Below, one piece after another: positions 1 through 11,526 of a DNA stretch of 64,000 nt. Location: contig NW_024704745.1 in the NCBI RefSeq assembly GCF_018977255.1, positions 12,090,001 to 12,154,000 on the forward strand, written 5' to 3'. This DNA is from Callorhinchus milii (lineage: Eukaryota). The notes beneath the pieces are model-generated. The model was not told the origin of the DNA, searched no databases, and saw only the letters and a list, made by a program, of their open reading frames with translations. Every line of letters starts with the position of its first letter. The first letter of the stretch is position 1. Both the position numbers and the translations under genes were made by a program.

Positions 1-539
1 GGCTATTGATATCTAACAAATACAATATTACATTTATACAGTGCCTTTCATGTCAGGAGGACGTCCCAAGGTGCTTAGCAATAATGGTTTGGCACCCAAG
101 TTGGGGGCAATCTTGAAATAACTGCATAAATCTAGTTGAAGATTTATGCTCCTCTGTGTCTGCTTCTCTCCTGGACTCAGCATATGACATTTAACGTGCA
201 TTCAACACCAACAACCCCCTTGCTTAATGTGGCCATTTTCTCTCTGTGAGCCCACCAAAATAATAATAATAATAATAATAATCCTTGCATTTGATATAGC
301 GCTTTTCACGTCGGGAGGACGTCCCAAAGCGCTTCACAGAATACACTGTAAAGTGAATTGACTGTATATATTTGTATATATTTGTGGGCAAACGCGGCAG
401 GGGTAGGGCGATTGCAGAGCAGCCTGACCTGTTTCTTACCTGATATACACACCTGACATGGCCATTTATTAAAGGGCTACTGAATAGCTTTCTGAAACAG
501 AATCCCTTGCTGCCTTTCACTGCCCCACCCGCCCAGAAG

Positions 540-1244
540 GGCGTTTGATGGCACTCTTAATTTACCACCGAGAGCAGCAAGGCTAACAGTTTAATTCGGA
601 TTGGGAAGGTTTTTTCGCGAGGGATTCGAGTCACTCGATGGGCTGCGCTCCCGACTTGACCCTTCTGAACCCGGAGTTGCGCTTCGAGTCCGGCTGCTCC
701 GAAAGCAGCAACTTTACGAGGGCAAACTTAATTCCTGTCCGTCCCAGAGGCTCTGAGGGTCCGTCATTGACCTTTCGGTCGCAGGCGTAAATGATGGTTG
801 GTCGGTTTGGGATTGAAGGGGTTAACTAGATCCCCGGGGTGCGAATGGGAGAGGAATTCACAATGCACTGTGTGCTGTGTGTGATTTATTCCTCAGTGGT
901 TATTTTGCTTTCCCCCTCCATCACCACCACCACCACCACCACCAGCACTGCTCAGTTGTGGTCTCTCTCTCCTCGTTCCCTTTGTCTCTGTCCTGTCTGC
1001 ACTGTGCTGTTATCTGTCCTTTCTCTGATTTCCCTCCATCCCTTCCTCCATCCTTCTTCCCTCCCTCCCTCCCTCCCTCCCTCTCCTGCTTTTTGTTTCA
1101 ATGTCCCTCTACCCATTTCTTTATGATTTTCTCTTTCTTTCTCTCTCTCTCTCTCTCTCATTTTACTCTTCTTATTTTGCCTTTTAGTCTGTTTCAAGCT
1201 CTCTTTTGTGATTGAATCTGGTCCTTCCTCTCACTCTCTCTCTC

Positions 1245-1277
<33 letters not shown>

Positions 1278-1956
1278 CTCCACACACACACACACACACA
1301 CAGAGCCATCATCCCATTCCCTCCATCCATCACCCCATCCATTCTCTGCTCTCAAGGTCTGTGGAGGGCACAGATCCCAAACCCTCCTCAACGTCGGAGT
1401 CCCTCTCCTCCCCGTTAAACCGGTGCTGTTGTAACCTGATCTCTCAGCTCTGTCTCTCAGCTTCAGGGCGGATCCCACCATTCAATCCGTTGCACTACAC
1501 ACAGCACAGCGAGAGGGAGTGAGTGAGTGAGTGAGAGTGTGTGTGAGAGAGAGAGGAGTGAGTGAGTGTGTGAGTGATCCTCTGCTCAGAGCTCGAGCTG
1601 AACGCAACTGCTGGAGAATGAAGTGAAGGGAGAGAGAGAGAGAGAGAGAGGGGGAGAGAGTGATTTGCTCTGAACACACACCTGACCAGGATCTCAGCAG
1701 ATCCAGACCCTCACCTGGACATTTAACTATCCACTGGTCGCACACAATTGAGCACAAACTCGCATCCACCAGTTTCCACTCTCCTCCACTCTCCTCCCTC
1801 TCCTCCTCCCTCTCCTTCTCCTTCCCCACCCCCTAACTCTTTTAAGATTTCTCCTCCTTGCCCTGAAGCATCTCTGGAAACAGGGCATCACTAGACCATG
1901 GGGACTCTCGTGGGTCAAGGCAGAAGCTCGGATCGCCAGTGACTTGAACCGTGGAG

Positions 1957-2011
<55 letters not shown>

Positions 2012-2091
2012 GGCACTTGTGAGCGACTCTTGTCAGCTGTCAACAGAGTCATTCCTGGCTGGAAAGCAACTCAAAGCGACCTTCAGCAAAG
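540..2091 (+). promoter_or_regulatory. Probable IGSF3 promoter / 5' UTR region
   Basis: CpG-enriched unique patches (about 540-840, 1380-1760, 1900-2040) interleaved with microsatellites directly upstream of the signal-peptide exon. The TSS cannot be located from sequence alone. Confidence 0.45.
920..2012. repeat. Microsatellite cluster: (CAC)n, (CCCT)n, (CT)n, (CA)n, (GAGT)n, (GA)n
   Basis: Directly visible: (CAC)n at ~920-945, (CT)n at ~1138-1160 and 1235-1280, (CA)n at ~1281-1300 and 1960-1988, (GAGT)n at ~1516-1575, (GA)n at ~1630-1660 and 1988-2011. Confidence 0.95.
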
Positions 2092-2131
2092 ATGAACAAC
2101 CTTCTGGTCCACTTGATCGTATTAGCCTTGG
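2092..2131 (+). CDS. IGSF3: IGSF3 first coding exon (signal peptide MNNLLVHLIVLAL-G)
   Basis: ATG in AAAG-ATG context, 13 mostly hydrophobic codons plus 1 nt, then donor G|GTGAGG. Phase 1 joins the acceptor at 38095 to give MNNLLVHLIVLALGVCTA|QRLV, parallel to the human IGSF3 N-terminus (MKCFFPVLSCLAVLGVVSAQRQV, from memory). Confidence 0.8.
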
Positions 2132-4466
2132 GTGAGGATTGCATTTGATTTTTTTTTAAAAAAAATATATATATATATATATATAATATGCATTTGATAT
2201 TGTATACCTGGTGTGGTGTAGAGCTCCTCTTCATTTTCGATTTATTTTATTATATGTAACAACAGAATGAGTAGCAGGTTGTCTGTATTTTAGTTGTGTA
2301 CAGGGTGTGATGTTGGAAATGAACTCTCTTCGCCATTCAGTGGCATACTTGCCTAGAAAGTGCATCTCTTTTTTTTGTAGGTTTTAACTTTTCGGTTGAC
2401 TGTGATTTTTGGATTCTGCGTGAGATTCATTCCTTGCGAGGCATTCAGTTTCGACTCTTGTCATCTTATATACGTATACAGTATATTCAAAGTGCATTCA
2501 TGTCAGGCTCTTGATTTAAATCATATGTGGAAGAAATTCCGAGAATCCCATGAATGCGGTTTCCATCTGGCAAAAATTTTGCATGTGCAGTATTTTGAAA
2601 GCACAAAGGCAAACTGAGCAGATTTCTATTGTCAATTTGGTACTAATATCCACTGTGGCTTTATTTTATGTCAAGCGCTCTGGGACGCTACCCTGTGTGA
2701 GCGGTGCTGTATAAGTGCAAGTTGTTGTTGTTTAATTTTGACTCGTACAGATCAACGTCATTAGGGACTGACGACAGCCGTGGAACCTAGGATTAGGTTT
2801 TGTTCTGTTCTGTGATTGTTATGATTCTTCCTTGTTGTTGAACGTCAGTCCAACAGACCCCGATAAGGTTCACGGCCAGTGATGAATTACTGACGAGCTT
2901 AAACACTGAGAAGTCTTTGTTCACACAGCAATCTGGATTGTTTTCGGATGTCCCCTGCAACAGAAAAGCAATGAACTCTGATAATGGTTTGAGAGGTATT
3001 AGGTTTCAGTGCTGAAACATATAAGGATTGTGATCATACCATGGTCATCAGAATGCTGTGATGTCGTTCTCGAGACACATAGCGCATTGTGATCAAGGAA
3101 ACAGGAGAAATTATAACAATATCAACAGTTTATGGGCATTTGTATACTTCGAATTTATTTGCTTGCAGATTAGTCGTTAGATGCAGTTCTATTCCTGTTT
3201 GAATAGAGATTACATTTTGATTTAGAACGAAAATCTCGAGAGTATCTGTGAATTTGGATCAAACTATAATAATGTAATTACATACAGAAGCATTGCATTG
3301 AGCTGCCTCACATAGTGTATTGTCTCTGCAAGCAAAACCATACCTCTCCCTCCACGGTCTTAGAATAATAATCTTTGCATTTGATGTATTTGCTTTATCA
3401 CATCATCGAGATGTCTCAAAGCGCTTTGTTAACATTGATATTATTGCTAAATTTTTGGCTTGCCACCAAGTGAGGGATGTCAGTGTTGGAGAATAGAATG
3501 TGTTTCCATTTTTGGGTTCCAGTATCTGTACCAAGCGTTCTTAATTCAGGTGTGTCACAGACACGATGCAGAGTAAAGGTCCTTCCACTCTGTCCCCAAA
3601 AATGTTCATTAATCTCATCCTCAGAAGAGCAAATCTAAGGATACAATTCTTCAGATCCTACATCAGTCATCATGGAGTGAGATTGCCACATTATGAGTGG
3701 CTTTTCGCTGTGGATTTTTGTCTGATTTAGACTATCCAGACTCATTTAATACAGTATTAGTCCAGATAAATCCAAAAATCGTGGCGGGGCGGGGAGGCGG
3801 AGAGTGGAAGAGATTTTCATCTATTTAACCCATTAAAGACGAGCAGACGGAGAACCAAAAAACACATTTTACAATTAAGTGATTCACATTTTTTTNGGAG
3901 GGATTGACAGAGCATCGTGCGCAAAGAAACCAAAGTACTCACTTGTTTAAGCACAGTGCCCAATGTATTGTCCCACTGGCCACAATGAATTGTGCCACAT
4001 TTGTTGATGATGACTCCGATTCCACAGACTGACTGCCCAGAGCATGTGTGCACAATCATTTCCTTTGTGCTTAACAATCCCTCAGATGAAATCGGTCATT
4101 CACTTCATGACTGTTTGTCGGACATTGCTGTGTGCAAATTGGCTGCCACGTTCAACCACAAAATTGAACATGTTTGCAGCACTTTACAATACATCCTGTG
4201 AAGCACTTTGAAACCCAATGTGAAAGGCACTATATCGAATGCAAGAATTATTATCATTTTATTAGTTTTCTGCTATCGCAATGAACAGCTGCTGGTTTCT
4301 GAGTAGCTGAATCACCAATTCCCCAAATGTCTTCTTATTTTGGTTTACTTTTAAATTATTGTACTGTGCTATTTAGAGAAGGGAGTTCAATTCTGAGTCA
4401 ACTGTTGATGGGTTTGTGTGCACCCAATCATTGGTGGATTAGTGGAGAATCTCATCGTCTGTACTC

Positions 4467-4870
4467 CTAGGCAGTCTCCACAAGCTGCAGATTATTCAGA
4501 ACTCTGCAGCTCGTGTCCTCTCCCGCATCAGGCTCTGTGAACCAATCACCCCCATTCTTGCCCAGCTTCACTGGCTTCCCATCCCTCAGAGATTCTAGTA
4601 CAAAACCCTCCTTCTCACCTTCAAAGCCATCCACGGTCTTACTCTCCCCTACCTCTCTGATCTTCTAACACCATATCAACAAGAAATTACACTTGTATAG
4701 TGCCCTTCAAGTCAGAAAGACATCCCAGGGCGCTGGATAATCAGGGGTTTTGGACCCGAGCTGGGAGTTGGGCTCAGAAGGGGAGATAGAGTTCCAGAGT
4801 GTGGGAGCAGAGATACTGAATGCCTGACCGCTGACGGTGGGGCAGGAAGTACAGGGGATCTGAAGCAGAT
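4467..4870. mobile_element. L2 fragments in opposite orientation (+ 4467-4676, - 4678-4870)
   Basis: The + part reads CTCCACAAGCTGCAGATTATTCAGAACTCTGCAGCTCGTGTCCTCTCC...CTACCTCTCTGATC. The - part is the L2 3' end including the tail. Confidence 0.8.
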
Positions 4871-6199
4871 TGGCGATTTTCTGCCAATAATAGTCCCTGG
4901 AAGAATGATAAGATTGCGCATTTCTGTAGCACCTTATCGCATCCAAATATCTCAAAGAATTTCACAGGTACTTACTGGCAAGTGAAGTGACTGCTTTCTT
5001 TGCAAGACCCTGGGGGGGAGACTCCCTTCTCTTTTCAAATAGATTCTTAACAATTATCTGTGGAGCAGACAGATAGCACCTTGGATTAAGGCGTTGCTCA
5101 AAAGATGGTACCTCAGACCAGTTCTAAAATCCAGGTTTGCAAGTGAAAAGCTGAGGACCTGATGAACGTTGCAAAGGAATTTTAAGGCTCGGCCTCAAGT
5201 TAAATAAATGAGTAGTGCCGTGACAGCTTAGTGAGCGCTCAGACGTTTTTGGGAGAGGATACAAAGGAGGAAAAATTAGTGAATGGGGAAAACTAACTTT
5301 GATGAGCAGTGAGAAATCTGAGTGCACACACATTTGTGCATTGACTGCAAATAATAATCATAATTTGATCACTCAATCCACGACTGTTTGTGGGACAAAA
5401 TGTACAATCAATTCACTTGACAGCATATTCTGTGAAGCACTTTGAGATGTCTCGAAGACTTGATAAAAGGTTATATCAAATGCAAGGATTATTATTATCT
5501 ACGTTTGATAGCCACAGTGGTACTGTTTGCCTGCCTTGTTCTGAATGCCTCCCCATTAGAGTGTTTCGGTAAAAACAATGGACCAACAATCTAGATGCTT
5601 CAAGCAAAATGTCGGGTTTCTTTCATCCTGAACGTGGCGAAAGATGTAAGGTTTCAAACCAGCGAGTTTTTCCTCTGATCGCTTGCAGAAGAAGTAGAAT
5701 GAGGTCATTTTGTTTCCAGTCGTTGCCAATTTTCTTCTGCAAAAATTTCAATACATGCAGAAGAAAAATTAGAAAATGTGGATCAATCGTAATATGTCAC
5801 CAAGGTGTGAGATGGTCCGCTATTGACTGGCTGGCTATTCCTAGAACGAGGTGTGAGTTTCTGCTGTGTGAAGCATTGCGGTCAGATTTGCCCGTATAAT
5901 TTTATTACTGGCTACTCACTACTTGGACTGAGCTACGAGTTTCTGCCATTTGCTTGATCTGCTTTGGCATCGTTCTTTTGTTTGTTGGCATAATGGTGGA
6001 TTTGGGATACAGTTTTAACTGCAGATGTGGACGCTTTACTCTCATGCAGCTGTTGCTTTTATTCTTTAATATGCTGGGTTTGTAGCCATCGCATATGCTA
6101 CGCAATGAATGTACCCTCAAACAAACATTAACATGGCACTCAACATCATCACCTGTTGTGTTGTCACATTCCCATCACAGAATCTCTGTCTTTCTTCAT

Positions 6200-6575
6200 A
6201 ATAATAATCCTTACATTTGATGTAGCGCTTTATCACGTCATCAAAATGTCTCAAAGCGCTTCACGTGAATTAGTGTAAAGAGTAGTGACTGTGTATGTTT
6301 AGCCCAACGCAACAACCAATTTATGCACAGCAATGTCCCACAAACAGCCACAAAATGAATGACCAATTTTATCTGGGGAGGTATTGGCCAGGACAAGGGG
6401 AGAATTTCCTTTATCTTTTTGAATAGTGCCATGAGAACTTTAACGTCTCCCTGAACAAACAATGCAGCACACGCCCAGCACTGCACTGGAGTATCAGCTT
6501 TGACTATAACCTCAAAGTCCCAGCGTGGGGCTTGTACCCACAACCTTCGGACTCAGTGACAAGATTGCAATCAAT
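6200..6575 (-). mobile_element. SINE family B (Deu-type)
   Basis: Reverse complement: TTGGCCAGGACA-GGGGAGAA...GAATAGTGCCATG...CAGCACTGCACTGGAGT...CCCACAACCTTCGGACTCAG. Confidence 0.75.
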
Positions 6576-7949
6576 TGATCAGATCCTTGCAGCAGCCCTG
6601 ATGTTGCTGGAGGTGGGAAGTGTTGCACAAAGTGGCAGAGATATAAATCATCTGCTGCTCTTCCTCCCAGGTCAGAAGGCAGAGTCATTGGAGCAGGGGG
6701 AGAACAGGACTATTGACATCATCATGCAGTGTACATGATGACTACATATGTACAGTGATGTCTCATCACAAGAGCTTGGTGTTGGTGTCACTCTGTGGCT
6801 CATGCCGATTCTGTTGTCACATTCCCAGCACGAAATCTCTTCCAGCATCAGTAGTGCCAGCTGGACACAGCTTAAATTTCCTCTCTCTCTCTATCGCTCG
6901 CTCCACCACGTTACTGGAGGTTGGGAGTGGACTAGTTGAAAGCAACAGAGCTCTCATCTATTTTTGTCTTGTATTTTCCTGTCAGTGTAGGGAAGAATAA
7001 ACGAGCACGAGCTTGGTTTTGTCTTCACTATGTTGTTTTACCACTCTGCGATGCTGGCCTGCGCGAAGGGCATTTATAAATGCAAGTTGTTGATGTTTTA
7101 TTCGTGGTTTCTGACTCTTCGTGCAGTGACGCCAGCTTTCTAATGTTGTTTTTAATAGCTCACAGTGAGACACTGCAACAACAATAAAAGATGTTTTCAT
7201 TTGTCAGGCAAATGCAGGAGTACGTCAGTTCTGAATACAAATCATTGTGCAGCTCTGTTTAAGTGAGAAGGTCTCAGCGATTCCTTGCGGTGCCATAATA
7301 GAATGGAATTATTTGTCTATTGTGTTTGTTCTTTGTTTCCTTGCAGCTGTCTTCTGGTTATCATTGTCTAGCCTGCGTGCTTCTGCCAGTTCGTGCTGTA
7401 GCGGTGCCAGTGACTACTGTATTTGATTTGTACGGTACAGCACACTAGATTGGTGGTTGATCTTGTGAGAGAAATAACACACTGGCTTATCCTATGTGTA
7501 AGGAGCCGTCAACATTTAGCTTTTACAGTCTGCTGACAGTTAATCTTATGAGGATGCCAGTCACTCCTTTCTCTTGTCCAGGAGGCTGTTTGCGGCTGTG
7601 TAGCGGGTCATGTCAAATCACTATTGCATAGGTGCTGTAATCTGGGAGTGTACTGATATTCGACTTATTTGGAGTAATAGTGTCCAAGTCATTAGTTGGA
7701 TGTTGTTCGTTTATGATGAGCTTGCCAGTAGTGTAACCTGTAACAAAACAAATAAGATTTTCCAATGGTAAACATACCAGGACTTTAAGACTTTGTGTTT
7801 CCTGTTGCCTCTGCAGCAAGTTAATAATAGTCATTTGCATTCACCTATAAAATATAGTCAATTCACTTTACAGTAAATTCTGTGAAGCGCTTTGAGACGT
7901 CTCAAAGAAGTGATAAGGTGCTATATCTAATGCAAGGATTATTATTATA

Positions 7950-8300
7950 TGTAACACCTCATCACATTGTAGAAATGACTCAAAGCACTTTACAGGATTT
8001 TTACTGTGACTTCTTGTGACTGTATTTGTGGGCAGCCAATTTAAGCACAGCAATGCCTGCAAATAGACGTGAAACAAATGATCAATTTTATTCGGGGGAT
8101 TGTTGGCTGAGACACCGGGAGAATTTCCCTTTTCTTTCCGAATAGTGCCATGGGATCTTTAACGTCTCCTGAACAAGAAGACGGGACCTTGGTTTGATGT
8201 GTCGTCCAAAGGACAGCATGTCTAACAATGCAGCACTCTCCAAAAATTGCATTCGAATATCAGCCTAGATTACGAGTTCAAAGACCTGATGTGGGGCACA
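7950..8300 (-). mobile_element. SINE family B (Deu-type), tail-to-tail with a + strand SINE tail at ~7850-7950
   Basis: GACACCGGGAGAA...CGAATAGTGCCATGGGATCTTTAACGTC...CAGCCTAGA on the + strand. Confidence 0.72.
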
Positions 8301-9984
8301 GCCTTCTGGGTCAGGTACGAGAGAATGCTGCCAACTACCCTTGGTTGTTTTCTGCGATGCAATGGTTTTTTAAAAAAAAACATTTCAGGCAAAACAATAA
8401 TAATGTTGTACACCTTGAGCATGCACATGGCCCTTTGAGAATTCCTTTGCTCAGTGGCTGATAACAAAATACTGATAACTAAACTGAGACTAAAAGCTGG
8501 GAATCAAGTCACCTCCTATTTAGGTGAGTCCTTCGGCTTCCATTACTGTTAAGGTCCTCCACGTCTTACCATTATTTTGCTGTTGGTCAAGTGGGGAATT
8601 ATTTTTTTCCAAAGGGTCCCCCGGTTGCCTGAAACATGTGATGCCATCTCACCAAGACTCGTACTGGAAACATAAAGGTTTTCTGTGTGTGTGTGTGTAA
8701 CTAAATAAATAAAAAAAATCTGCAGCTTTACTGAATAGCAGCACACCCGTGCTGGTACCTATACTTGAGCATTGCTCTGGCGCTGTACTTAAAAAGACAT
8801 CATTTAATGTGCCACTACTCTTTTTATATAGTAGTTAGTTCATTACTTCAAATGGCTGGCAATCACTGGCACTTTGCTCCAATGTTAATACAATTCAAAA
8901 TGCTCTCTCTATCCAAACACATGTTCTGGAAGGACAGTGTCTGTCATTGAATTGCTAGTTTTTTTATATATATATATATATATATATTAAAAAAATGAAG
9001 TTCAAGTGTGAGTTTCACACAACCATCAATTTGTTTTACAGAAATCTTGAGTAACAGCTGGTGTGCAGCTGTGTAAAAATGTCCCACACTTATTAAGATT
9101 TACAGAGATCCAAATGACAACACTGCTCTGTGTATGAACGAGTCAGTGTTTTACTGTGCCATTTGCTGGACCAGATGTCACACCATATGCCACCACACCA
9201 CACTCCGCTTATGGTCACTGTTTTGCTTGTACTGTACAGCGTTTGTTGCGGACCTTGATGTTGTAGGTTAGGTGACATGAAAACAAGTTGCAACTAGGTG
9301 TAGCTATAGAAAAAAAAAAGAAAGACTTGTGTTGCCCATGTTTGATGCTGTCTGGGAGCAAGAAAGAATTGGAGAAATTGTGCTGGCCTGGTTGCCTGTA
9401 TCCCAATACACACTCCAGCAGGGCTGGAATGGTTCAGTAACTGCTGACTAGCCCTGTCACTCAATTCCACATTAGTAATTCACGGTTGCAGAATGCAAAG
9501 TTAGCTTGTGCTAGGGTATTATTTACCCATCTGCCTGGGAGAGAGAAGTGGAGTGTGAAGCATCGTCACTGACATGACTTTTGGGTTGGTGCAGAATCTT
9601 GAGAGGCAGCTGCAGCAACACAATACAAATTTACATTTATATAGCGCCTTTCATGTCGGGTGGACGTCCCAAAGTGCCTAACAGTACTGGTTTAACACTT
9701 AACAAGTTTCTGGGTTTATTATCCCCCCCACCCCACCCAAACTCCTGTGCAACTGCTCGCAGCCACAAACCCTTGCTGCACTGACACCGACCGCAAAGTC
9801 GCACTAACTCATTGTACAGAGTAGCCTCTGTATATACGGTGAGCCACCCTTGTCCCTTGGTCTGCATTCTGTACTGAGACCAGGAGGAAGAGCTGGGCTC
9901 TCTCCTATCCTGCTGTACTGTTCAGAGATATCATATTCTAACCATATCAGATATAATCTTTATAAAGAAGTAATGTTGCTGATC

Positions 9985-10425
9985 TGTAGCCCCGTCACTC
10001 CAGTCCTTGCCAAACTTTACCAGCTCCCTATCACAGAACTCCACCTTGCCCCCATTTTCGACTTCAGGATCTTCACACTCGTCTACAAGTCCATTCATGC
10101 CCTGGCACTTCCCAACCTCTCCTCCTTACTTCACTTCCCTCTGCCTCCCCTTGGCTGGCTCTGTCTCCTGCTTGTCTCTCACCCCCTCTGCTCCACAATT
10201 AGCAGCCGTGCTTTCAGATACTACACCCTAAAACTCTGGATCTCTCTCTCTCAATAACTCCACCTTGCCCCCATTTTCAGATCCCGCCCGAAGACATTCT
10301 TCTTTGACTGTACTTATGGTCACCTCCTCTCTCCCCTGGGCACAGGTTCAGGCTCCGCCACTATTAAGCTCTCTAAGACACTGTCCCAAGTGAAGGGTAC
10401 TATCTAAATTGCAAGTTGTTGTTGG
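9985..10425 (+). mobile_element. L2 LINE 3' fragment
   Basis: ORF fragment FDFRIFTLVYKSIHALALPNLSSLL...SRAFRYYTLKLW followed by an L2 tail ending GCAAGTTGTTGTTG. Confidence 0.8.
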
Positions 10426-10989
10426 TGGTACAGTGGCAAATATATATTAAAAANTTGAAGATTCCCAAGTTAATTCTTGTTCCCACCAGACTGTTCTGTG
10501 TGCACCCTACGCTACTTAGCTTACCCAGTGCACAAACTGGATTATGTGGTACTTGACCTTATGGTGGCACATATGGTGCATGTGTGGAGCAGATGCCCTA
10601 TAAAAGCAGTTGATGTTGTGTTGATTAATGCCATTAAGAATCGATCTCTCTCTGGGAATGATATTGGAGGGTATAGAGGGATATGGTGCAGAGTCGTTTA
10701 CTGGGGGTAACAGCAACAACAATAGCTCATATTTATATAGCACCCCTCATAGCACTCCAGAGCAGCAAGTCTGCAGGTTGCTGGTTGATCCTCAGTGAGA
10801 AAGAAATGTGGAACTTCGAGGTGGCTGCATCTTGTCTCTTCAGCTGCCAATCTGGGCTGATAAAACCACAGGTTTTAGTGGCTGCACAGCATGAGCGTGA
10901 ATGTGACAGGGTGATCACAAAATAGCAAGAGGGAGGAGTGGCAAGAGCAAAGTCACCTGACGTTCAACCACATCTCTCAGCCTCCTGTG

Positions 10990-11150
10990 TTTTGTTACAA
11001 TCCCTGTATCGGGGTTTAAAGGGGAGATTGATAGAATTGGGGAAATAAGGGTGTCGAGAGACATGGGGAAATTGGATGAAGAAATCTGCTGTGATCTGTT
11101 GAACCTGCAGAACAGGCTCAAAAAGCTGAATGGCCTCATCCTGTATATAC
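10990..11150 (+). mobile_element. CR1/HER1-like 3' end
   Basis: TTTAAAGGGGAGATTGATAG...GCTGAATGGCCTCATCCTG matches the chondrichthyan CR1-type 3' terminus pattern. Confidence 0.55.
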
Positions 11151-11154
11151 CTAC

Positions 11155-11526
11155 GGAGTCCTGTAGCTCAGTGGTTAGAGCACTCGCCTCACAAGCGAGA
11201 GGATCTAGGTTTCTACTCCAGGAGGGGCGAAACGTTAGGTAAATTTCCTTACTCCACACACCTCTGTTTACCTAGCAGTAAGTAGGAACCCGGTTGTTAG
11301 TCGATTGGCAGATCGCTTTTCTGGGGGTAATGCCTTCAAAATAAAAATAATTTGTTCACAAACCATGACTGTTTGTGGGGCACTGCTGTGCGCAATTGGC
11401 TGCCGCGTTTTGCCCACAAAATATACAGTCAATTCACTTTACAGTATATTCTGTGAAGTGCTTTGAGACGTCTCGAAGAAGTAATAAGGCCTATATCAAA
11501 TGCAAGGTTTATAGGATTATTATTAT
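11155..11526 (+). mobile_element. tRNA-derived SINE family A, full length
   Basis: Head GGAGTCCTGTAGCTCAGTGGTTAGAGCACTCGCC (A box), core GCAAGTTTCCTTACTCCACAC-CCTCTGTTTACCTAGCAGTAAGTAGG, L2-like tail and (ATT)n. Confidence 0.88.

Noticed and set aside
839-2135. Numerous 60-115 aa ORFs near the window start
   Set aside because: They are translations of microsatellites (poly-T/H, LS, TH, ER runs) with no protein-like content.
7347-7434. Possible extra exon after a strong acceptor
   Set aside because: The donor is weak, the 88-nt length is frame-shifting, and there is a stop in the IGSF3 frame. No homology supports it.
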